In this document: piece by piece, positions 11,636 through 19,382 of the stretch | How positions within the stretch are numbered: position 1 is the stretch's first letter | Layout: every line of letters starts with the position of its first letter | DNA from: an uncultured delta proteobacterium | GTDB taxonomy: Bacteria; Myxococcota_A; Polyangia; Fen-1088 | Direction: 5' to 3' | DNA length: 52,045 nucleotides | NCBI GenBank assembly: GCA_963796685.1 | Contig: CAWCMR010000017.1 | Location: 1-52,045 of the forward strand | Program-made: the position numbers and the translations under genes | Notes under the pieces: model-generated | What the model saw: the letters and a program-made list of their open reading frames with translations, nothing else | The model's database searches: none | Told to the model about the DNA's origin: nothing

Positions 11636-12360
11636 ACCCGTTTCTCGCCACCGCAGTTTCGAATGGGGCGGGCGTGAACGGCACCCAGGGGCTTGCTTCG
11701 AGGCCGGTCCTGCTCTTCATCGCCATGGCCGCGGTTTCGATTCTGCCTTTCATCCTTCTTCTCATGACAAGCTTCGTGAAGATCGCGGTCGTGCTCTCGA
11801 TCTTGAAGAGTGCCCTCGGCGCGCCCCAGATCCCTCCCTCGCAGGTCATCACCGGGCTGGCCCTGATTCTGACCCTGTACGTCATGGCGCCGACCGGCGA
11901 GCGGATGTTCCGCGCCATCGCGCCAGACCTTGCCCAGGGCACCAGCGCCGATCTCGTGAGTGGACGAAGCCTCGAGGTGCTCCGCGGTGCGGCCGACAAA
12001 GCCAAGGAGCCCCTGCGTGAGTTTCTGCTCAGGCACGCGTCGTCCCGGGATCGCGGTCTGTTCCACGCCATGGCCTTGCGCATGCGAACGGTCGACGAGC
12101 GTGCCGGCATCACGGATCGCGATTTTCTCGTCCTGGTGCCCGCCTTTCTTACCTCGGAGCTACGCCGGGCTTTCGAGATCGGCCTGCTCCTGTTCATCCC
12201 ATTCCTGGTGGTGGACATGGTGATCTCGAATTTGTTGCTCGCCCTGGGCATGCACATGCTCTCGCCCACCGCGGTTTCGTTGCCATTCAAGTTGCTGCTC
12301 TTCGTGTTGGCAGATGGCTGGCAGCTTCTTCTGCGAGGGCTGGTGGAAAGCTATGTCTAG
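11632..12360 (+). CDS. sctR: Type III export gate subunit SctR/FliP
   Basis: MTSFVKIAVVLSILKSALG.PQIPP; PAFLTSEL..AFEIG; PFKLLLFVLADGW; SFVKI resembles SctR more than flagellar FliP (SFTRI). Confidence 0.9.
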   Translation: MNPFLATAVSNGAGVNGTQGLASRPVLLFIAMAAVSILPFILLLMTSFVKIAVVLSILKSALGAPQIPPSQVITGLALILTLYVMAPTGERMFRAIAPDLAQGTSADLVSGRSLEVLRGAADKAKEPLREFLLRHASSRDRGLFHAMALRMRTVDERAGITDRDFLVLVPAFLTSELRRAFEIGLLLFIPFLVVDMVISNLLLALGMHMLSPTAVSLPFKLLLFVLADGWQLLLRGLVESYV

Positions 12361-12631
12361 CCTCGCGACCACCGATGTCGTGTTGCGCGCGGTTCGGGAG
12401 GGTCTAATTCTCGTCCTGCTCGTCTCGGCCCCACCGCTGCTCGCCAGTTTGCTCGTTGGTCTCGTGGTCGGCGTGCTGCAAGCGGCGACCCAGATTTACG
12501 ATCCGGCCGTCGCGTATGTGCCGAAGTTGATCGCCGTGCTGCTGGTTCTGCTCGTGTCGGGGCCGCTGCTCGGGGCGCAGGTGGTGCGCTTCGCGCAGGC
12601 CTTACTGTTGGCCATTCCGACGGTCCGCTAG
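12353..12631 (+). CDS. sctS: Type III export gate subunit SctS/FliQ
   Basis: SAPPLLASLLVGLVVGVLQAATQI...VPKLIAV; ATG 12353 overlaps the sctR end. Confidence 0.9.
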   Translation: MSSLATTDVVLRAVREGLILVLLVSAPPLLASLLVGLVVGVLQAATQIYDPAVAYVPKLIAVLLVLLVSGPLLGAQVVRFAQALLLAIPTVR

Positions 12632-12632
12632 A

Positions 12633-12986
12633 CTGGCCCGCATCGTTCATCACGGATAGGATCACTAACGGGAATGCACAAACAGACTGGTCTCCAATAC
12701 AGCGAAGAGTGGCGGGCTAGCCTGGATCGTCATGGGAACCCTGACCTGGAACCACCTCGCCCCGCGCAGCGGGGAGAGGTCGCCGCGCGAAGCGCGTCGG
12801 GTGAGGGGCTGTCACGTTTCATGACCGAAGGATCCGGGCCTTGGGCCCGGCGGCGGTACTGGAAGGGTTCGCAAACCCTCCCGCGACGCTTCGCTGCCGG
12901 CGAAGCCGGCAGGCTCCGCACGCGCCTTCCTAGCCCGCATAGACGTAGACGTCGAGTTGGTGCGACTCGTGAATGATGCGGGCTAG
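12633..12986. mobile_element. Composite MITE-like element (copy 1) with nested insertion
   Basis: Aligns by eye over its length with the reverse complement of 51798-52024; ends ctggcccgcatcgttca / tgaatgatgcgggctag; extra ~118 bp at 12744-12861. Confidence 0.75.
12742..12811. repeat. REP-like palindrome family B
   Basis: tgacctggaa..cctcgccccgcgcagcggggagagg...gggtgaggggctg, also at 36761-36890. Confidence 0.8.
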
Positions 12987-12999
12987 GGAGTCTCTCGCT

Positions 13000-13782
13000 T
13001 TGTCGCCCACGGATATCCAACATTTTCTTGGTGCGCTGGTAATCGGATCGGCGCGCACGCTTCCGATGGCATGGTCGATCCCGGCGTTCGGGGGGCCGCA
13101 CTTGCCGGGGCGGATTCGTGTTGCGATTGGGATGGCTCTTTCGTTCTTGTGCTTGCCGGTGCTTGCCCATTCCGAGCCGACGGGCGGAGCCGTCTTGTGG
13201 GGGCTGCTCCTTGCCCGCGAGGTGATGGTGGGAATCGTGATGGGCTTTGTCGGTGCGTGCATGTTTCGCGCAGCGGAGGCCGCCGGCTATCTCACGGACA
13301 TCTTGCGCGGAGCCTCCATGTCCGACGCACTTTCGCCCATGGGCGCGGGCAAGAGCAGCCCCTTGGGCGCGCTGATGCTTCTCCTATCCATCGTCGTGTT
13401 TTTCGAGATCGGCGGTCCGGTACATTTGACCGCGGCTCTGGTACGCAGCTACGAGGCCATCCCATTCGCCGTCCCTGTTGGTTTCGGCGGGCGGCCCAAC
13501 ACCATGGCGATGGTCGCCATTGCGGCGTCGGCCAAGCTCATCGAAGCGGCTGTCGGATTGTGCGCTCCCGCCATCGTCGCACTGCTGCTAGCCGATATCG
13601 TGCTCGGGATGGTCGGGCGAGCCGTCCCACAGATCCCACTCTATTTTGTCGGAATGCCCCTCAAGGCGCTGCTCGGCGTGGGCGCGTTTCTGCTCGGGCT
13701 GGCCGGCATGGACGCCGCCATGCAGCATAGTCTTCACGGCTTCTTCGATCTGCTGGGCTCCGCGTTTCAAACCCGTCCATGA
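13000..13782 (+). CDS. sctT: Type III export gate subunit SctT/FliR
   Basis: PAFGG..LPGRIR; REVMVGIVMG; AEAAG.LTD.LRG; RAVPQIPLYFVGMPLK; TTG 13000 after AGGGAG (ATG 12973 of ORF track lies in the MITE end). Confidence 0.88.
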   Translation: MSPTDIQHFLGALVIGSARTLPMAWSIPAFGGPHLPGRIRVAIGMALSFLCLPVLAHSEPTGGAVLWGLLLAREVMVGIVMGFVGACMFRAAEAAGYLTDILRGASMSDALSPMGAGKSSPLGALMLLLSIVVFFEIGGPVHLTAALVRSYEAIPFAVPVGFGGRPNTMAMVAIAASAKLIEAAVGLCAPAIVALLLADIVLGMVGRAVPQIPLYFVGMPLKALLGVGAFLLGLAGMDAAMQHSLHGFFDLLGSAFQTRP

Positions 13783-13797
13783 TTGGTTTCACCCGCC

Positions 13798-14853
13798 ATG
13801 GCTGAAGCGTCTCCTGAAGAGAGAAACCAGGCGCCGACCTCGAGACGGATCGCGCAGATGCGTGGTGCCGGCCACGTTGCAATCAGCCGCGATCTTGCAT
13901 CGGCCATGGTCATGGCCTCAGCCTGCGGGGTGCTGGTCGCGAAGGCGAGGGCTGGGACTGCGACGCTTGTCTATGCCATGCGCGAGGCGCTGATTGGTGC
14001 GACGAGCCCAGTCGAGTCTTCCTCGATCTCCACAGCCGTGCGGGCCGGGGCCGAGGTGGCGGCGACGACGCTGGCTCTGCCTCTCGGCGTGCTATGCCTG
14101 ACGGCATGTCTCGTGGTCGCGGCGCAGACGCGAGGGCTCGTGACCGCCAGGCCGTTGCGACCGGCCCTAGGGCGGATCGTTCCTTCCCTCGCCAGGGTGT
14201 TGGGGCGCGACAAGCTGATCGAGGCGGGCAAAGGGATGCTGGGCGTGGGCCTCCTTCTTGTCGTCGCATGGTGGTGCCTCCCTCCCGCCCTGGCGACGAT
14301 CGTTCCCCCAGGCACGCCGAGCGCGGCCCAGATCCTTCGCGCCGTGGGGGCCGTCGCGCGGCACCTGGGAATCCGCCTGACGCTGGCCATGCTGGCGATG
14401 GGAGCCGTCGACTACTATTGGCAGCGCCATCGGCACGGGAAAGCGTTGCGCATGAGCCGAGACGAGGTAAAGCGTGAGCTCAGGGAAATCGAAGGCGAGC
14501 CGGCGTACAGAGCAGAACGGCTTCGCCTCCATCGTGAAGGCATGCAGGAACAGGCGTTAGAGGACGTGCTCAGGGCGAATTTCGTCGTTGTTCAATCCGG
14601 GGTCAGGGCCGCCGCCATCCGCTACGAAGGTGGCGGAGGGTTGGCCCCGTTCGTGATGGTCCGGGGCACGCACCTTCGGGCGCAGGCCATCGAGGACGTC
14701 GCGCGAACGGCCCAGGTGCCCGTCTTCGTCGATCCCCATCTCGCTCGCGCGCTCTCGGCCGTGGACGATGGCGAGGAGATCCCCGAGGCACTCTACGAAC
14801 AGGTCGCCGAGTGGCTGGTGCGAGCTCGCAGCTTGGGCCGCTCGTCCAACTAG
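13798..14853 (+). CDS. sctU: Type III export switch protein SctU/FlhB, lacking NPTH
   Basis: ERNQAPTSRRI..R..GHVAISRDL; LRMSRDEVKRELREIEGEP; LARAL...GEEIPEALYEQVAE. Confidence 0.88.
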   Translation: MAEASPEERNQAPTSRRIAQMRGAGHVAISRDLASAMVMASACGVLVAKARAGTATLVYAMREALIGATSPVESSSISTAVRAGAEVAATTLALPLGVLCLTACLVVAAQTRGLVTARPLRPALGRIVPSLARVLGRDKLIEAGKGMLGVGLLLVVAWWCLPPALATIVPPGTPSAAQILRAVGAVARHLGIRLTLAMLAMGAVDYYWQRHRHGKALRMSRDEVKRELREIEGEPAYRAERLRLHREGMQEQALEDVLRANFVVVQSGVRAAAIRYEGGGGLAPFVMVRGTHLRAQAIEDVARTAQVPVFVDPHLARALSAVDDGEEIPEALYEQVAEWLVRARSLGRSSN

Positions 14854-14862
14854 GAAGCTGCA

Positions 14863-17152
14863 GTGGGATCCAGGCAAGCCTCTCCATTCGCGAAGGCGTC
14901 GGGCGCGCAAGCACTGCTCGAGGTCGCGGTGGCGCTGCCTCTGGCGGATGTCTTCACCTACCGTGATTCTCCGAGGGACGCGCCGCTTGCCTTGGGATCG
15001 CAGGTGATCGTGCCCTTCGGCCGAAGAACCGTGACCGGCTTCGTTGTCGGGTACGCCAAGAGTGACGGCGCGGGTGCGGACAAGGATGTGCGCGAGATTC
15101 TCGAGGCCGTGGGCACCGGCCCCGCCCTGGATGAATCGCTGCTCGCTCTCTGTCGTTGGGCTGCCAGCTACTACCTCGCTCCACTCGGCGAGGTCTTGAA
15201 CGCCGCCCTTCCGAGCGGCGAGCGCGCCTCCGCCTCCAGGCGCGTGCGGCTGACAAGAGCGGGGCTGGCCGCGGTGGCGGAAGGGAGGCCCTCCGGGCTT
15301 GCCGCGATGGCGCTCGACGCTGGAGATCGCGCGCTCTTGGCCCGACTCCAGAAAGCCCGCACCCTCAGCCTGACGGGAATTGCCCGCGCCTCGTCGGCGG
15401 AATCGTCGCGCGTGAGCTTTCTTGTCGAGCGAGGGTTTGTCGAGATCGCGAACACCGTTCGTGGGGCCAAGCGAAAACGAGGCGCTGACGATGACGGCGC
15501 GCTGCCCGCTGTTGCCGAGCCAGACCAGCTACCCACGCTCAACGACTGCCAGCGGGATGCGTTCACGGCTCTGCTCGGCGCTCTTGGCCAAGGCTACGCA
15601 ACCTTCGTCCTGCAAGGAATTACCGGCTCGGGGAAGACCGAGGTCTATCTGAGGATCATCGCCGAGGCGCGGAAGCGCGGGCTCGGCGCGCTGGTCTTGG
15701 TGCCGGAGATTGCGTTGACACCGCAGCTTGCCGCCCGTTTTCGTGCTCGTTTCGGTGACGATGTGGCCGTTCTGCACAGCGGCTTGCCCGCGGGCGAGCG
15801 GGCGGCCTCTTGGCGGCGGCTGCGCCGGGGCGAAGTTGGCATCGCGGTCGGCGCGCGCTCTGCGGTGTTCGCACCCGTGCGCGACCTTGCCGTGGTCGTG
15901 GTCGACGAGGAGCATGATGGCTCCTTCAAGCAAGAAGACGGCTTTCGCTACAACGCGCGCGATCTGGCGGTCATGCGCGCCAGCCTTGGCCGTGCCATCG
16001 CCATCTTGGGCTCGGCGACCCCTTGTCTCGAAACCTATCGCAACGTCATGGTCGGCCGCTTCACCAGACTGCTTCTGCCCGTGCGAGCGAACCCCGCTGC
16101 GGCCAAGCGACCACTGCCACCGGTCGATATCATCGATCTGCGCCGGCACCAGGTAGGGCCCGACGGGCTGCTTTCTCCGCCGCTTGTCATGGCGGTGGAG
16201 CAAGCGCTGGCGGCGGGAGAACAGTCGATCCTGTTTCTCAACCGACGTGGCTTTTCCACCTTCGTCCACTGCGTGGCGTGTGGTCACGTCGTGCGCTGCC
16301 AGGACTGCGCGGTTTCGCTCACCCTGCACCAGGCGCGGGGGCGCCTGCTCTGCCACTACTGCGGCCGCGCCGAGCCTGTCCGCGACCTTTGTCCGGTGTG
16401 CAAGGGCAAGAGCCTGCAGGGAATGGGAAGCGGCACCGAACGCGTGGAGGCGCTCGTCCGCCAGCGCTTTCCACAGGCGCGCGTGGCTCGCCTCGATCGC
16501 GACAGCGGGGTCAGCGGGCGTGGCCAGGCTGGAGGCGTTTCTCGACCGGGTTCACCGACGCGAGATCGACATCTTGGTTGGGACCCAGATGGTGACCAAG
16601 GGGCACGACTTCGGTGGCGTGACCCTGGTTGGCGTCCTTCAGCCGGACCAGGGCATCCACCTACCGGACTTCCGTGCCTCCGAGCGTGCGTTCCAGATCA
16701 TGGAACAGGTGGCGGGTAGGGCAGGGCGCGGCGAAAGCCCGGGCCGCATTCTCGTCCAGACCTACAACCCCGAGCACCCCGCTATCCGTTTCCTTCAGCA
16801 ACATGACTACGAGGGCTTCGTGCAAGACGAGCTGGGGCATCGGCAGGAGGCGCACTACCCCCCGTACGCGCGCATGGTCGTGTTGCGCCTGGACGGGACG
16901 GACGCCGGCGCCGTCCGAGAAGCGGCGAGTGCGACGGCATCCCGCGCGCGCTCGGTCGCGGACTCGGCGGTGCGCGTCTTGGGACCATCCGAGGCACCCA
17001 TTGCGCGCTTGCGGGGACGAGCCCGCTTTCAGGTCTGGCTGTCGAGCAGCGATCGGGGGAAACTACTCACCGTGACCCGAACAACGCAACGTGTGTCGCT
17101 TCCCCGAGGCGTGCGTCTTGAGGTAGATGTAGATCCACAGAGTGTCCTGTGA
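14863..17152 (+). CDS. priA: Primosomal protein N' (PriA), split by a +1 frameshift near 16507-16510
   Basis: GITGSGKTEVY, LVPEIALTPQ, VDEEHD, CxxC clusters in ORF 14863-16719; ILVGTQMVTKGHDF...QVAGRAGR...DVDP in ORF 16184-17152. Confidence 0.93.
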
Positions 17153-18369
17153 TGAAGCCGAGCAATGAAGAGCCGACCAGGTTGCTGGGACGTCTGGCGG
17201 AAAATATCGACGGCATCCTCGACGCCGAGATGTCGACCGCCTTGCAGAACCTGGTGGACGACGGTCCGGTCGGGGGCGGAGATCTCGCGGATCGCGACGT
17301 ACCGCTCTTGCTGGGGCGGGCATTTGGCGAGGGCATGACCGGCCGCCTTCGCATCCGCAACCAAGGGGTGGAGAAGTCCATCTACTTCGAGGCCGGGCTC
17401 CCGGTGATGGCCGCTTCCGACGATGCGGCGGACCGGATGCTGGCCATGCTCGTTCGTGAAGGCGTCATCGACGGTCGCCAGAGCGAGGAGACCGCGCGTG
17501 TGGTCGACGCCACCGGGCGCAAGGTCGGCGCCGTTTTGGTGGACCTCGGTTTCCTGCGTAGCGATGAGCTGTTGCCCGCCGTTCGCCGCCACTATGAGAG
17601 CATCATTCTCTCGCTCTTTTCCTTGAGCGCCGGGACCTGGCAGATCGATCCCGAAGTGACGGCGGGGCCGGACCGAACCCGGCTGCTGCGCCACCCGGCG
17701 GCGCTGGTGCGCGAGGGGCTCAAGAAAGGCTATCCGCAGGACAAGGTTTCGCTGCGTCTTGGTGCGGGCCGGAAGGTCTTCCTGCTCGACAACTCGACCA
17801 ACGCGGCCGACATCACGGCCCAGGCACTGACGGAGCGGTCGGAGATGCGCGTTCCCATGCTTTTCGACGGCGTTCGCTCGATCGAGGACGTGGCGCACAC
17901 CACCGGGCTTTCCGAGCCGACGGTGCGAAAGATTGCGCTGACCCTATCCTGTTTCGGGGCCTTGCGTCCGGTGGATGCCGACGGAAGCTCGCGGGGGGGA
18001 GCACGCGTGGGGTTGCGCGACCTGAGCATCGACCGCGAACGCATCCAGGCCCGCCATGCCCTGGCCAACGAAGGCGATTACTTCCGCGTTCTAGGGGTCG
18101 AGCGGACCGCGGACGTGGGCGACGTGCGCCGAGCCCACGCCCGTCTGTGCCGAGAAATCGCGCCCGAGACCCTTGGTCCGGAGCTCTGGCATGAGCTGCG
18201 CCAGCAAATCGCGACCATTCAGGAAGTGCTCGACGAGGGCGTGCGCGTCCTTTCAACTCCCACGCTTCGGGCGGCCTACGAATTCAATCTGGCGCACGGA
18301 CCGGATGCCGATGGCGAATCAGAGACATCGGGCGGAACGCCATCCCCCTCTCTGATTTCGAGGGGGTAA
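17149..18369 (+). CDS. DUF4388-like protein with C-terminal J-like domain
   Basis: GDLADRDVPLLL...TGRLRI...KSIYFEAG (DUF4388 pattern); DYFRVLGVERTA...VRRAHARL..EIAPE...LRAAY (J-like, no HPD). Confidence 0.7.
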   Translation: MMKPSNEEPTRLLGRLAENIDGILDAEMSTALQNLVDDGPVGGGDLADRDVPLLLGRAFGEGMTGRLRIRNQGVEKSIYFEAGLPVMAASDDAADRMLAMLVREGVIDGRQSEETARVVDATGRKVGAVLVDLGFLRSDELLPAVRRHYESIILSLFSLSAGTWQIDPEVTAGPDRTRLLRHPAALVREGLKKGYPQDKVSLRLGAGRKVFLLDNSTNAADITAQALTERSEMRVPMLFDGVRSIEDVAHTTGLSEPTVRKIALTLSCFGALRPVDADGSSRGGARVGLRDLSIDRERIQARHALANEGDYFRVLGVERTADVGDVRRAHARLCREIAPETLGPELWHELRQQIATIQEVLDEGVRVLSTPTLRAAYEFNLAHGPDADGESETSGGTPSPSLISRG

Positions 18370-18374
18370 CCGTC

Positions 18375-19298
18375 TTGCGCATTGTCTTCTTCGGATCCCC
18401 GGATTTCGCGGTTCCGGCGCTTGCCTCCCTGGCGGATCGCCACGAGGTGGTCTCCGTCGTTACCCAGCCCGACCGCCCGGCCGGCCGAGGCGCGAAACTC
18501 CAGCCGCCTGCGGTGAAAGCTCTTGCTTCGGGCCTTGGCCTCCCGGTTCTCCAGCCTGCCAGGTTGAGGGATGGGGTTCTTGCCAAGGAGTTGGCCTCGC
18601 TTACCCCCGATCTGTTCGTGGTCGTCGCCTACGGCAGGATCCTGCCGCCCGATCTCCTTTCGCTACCCAGGCTCGGCCCTTGGAACGTGCACGCCTCGCT
18701 CTTGCCCAAGTTTCGGGGCGCGGCGCCCATTCAGTGGTCGGTGATTCGGGGGGAAAGCGAAACCGGCGTGGCCGTCATGCGCATGGAAGAGGGGCTCGAT
18801 ACCGGACCGGTGGCGGCACTTGCGCGCGAACCAATCCTGGCCGACGACACGGCGGGCTCCCTATCCGCACGCCTCGCGCCTCTCGGTGCGCGCCTGTTGG
18901 TCGAGACCTTGCCCAGCATTGCGGACGGCACCGTGGCTCTGCGCGAGCAGGATCACGGTTTGGCCACGCTCGCGCCACCGCTGGCCAAGACGGACGGCCA
19001 GCTCGACTTCAAGCAGCCCGCCCAAGTCGTGTCTGCGCGTGCGCGCGGCGTGGATCCGTGGCCGGGTGCGACCGTTCTGCTCGATGGCCAGCCGGCCAAG
19101 GTGTTTCTTCCCTCGGTTGTCGAGGCAGGCCAAGGTCGGCCCGGAGAGGTTCTGGGACTTCGGCCACAGGGACTTGCCATCGCCTGTGGCACGGGTGTCA
19201 TAGCCTTTTCGGAAATCCAGCTACCCGGGCGCAAGCGGCTGCCGGCCAAGGCCGTCCTGGCAGGCCATCCTATCCCGCCCGGAACGATGCTGGGGTGA
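18375..19298 (+). CDS. fmt: Methionyl-tRNA formyltransferase
   Basis: RIVFFGSPDFA, VVTQPDRPAGRG, NVHASLLPKFRGAAPIQ, GLDTG. Confidence 0.98.
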   Translation: MRIVFFGSPDFAVPALASLADRHEVVSVVTQPDRPAGRGAKLQPPAVKALASGLGLPVLQPARLRDGVLAKELASLTPDLFVVVAYGRILPPDLLSLPRLGPWNVHASLLPKFRGAAPIQWSVIRGESETGVAVMRMEEGLDTGPVAALAREPILADDTAGSLSARLAPLGARLLVETLPSIADGTVALREQDHGLATLAPPLAKTDGQLDFKQPAQVVSARARGVDPWPGATVLLDGQPAKVFLPSVVEAGQGRPGEVLGLRPQGLAIACGTGVIAFSEIQLPGRKRLPAKAVLAGHPIPPGTMLG

Positions 19299-19336
19299 AG
19301 GGCGCGGGTTGCCGCGGGTTGGGCTAGGACGCGGTC

Positions 19337-19382
19337 GGTTGTCTTTGCAGTCGGCCACGGCCACGGCCGCGGTAAGCCGTCT
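19337..19382. repeat. Short hexamer-rich repeat (family D)
   Basis: ggttgt..ttgcagtcggccacggccacggccgcggtaagccgtct, similar to 45234-45291. Confidence 0.5.

Noticed and set aside
12674-12976. 100-aa ORF between sctS and sctT
   Set aside because: Lies wholly inside the composite repeat element
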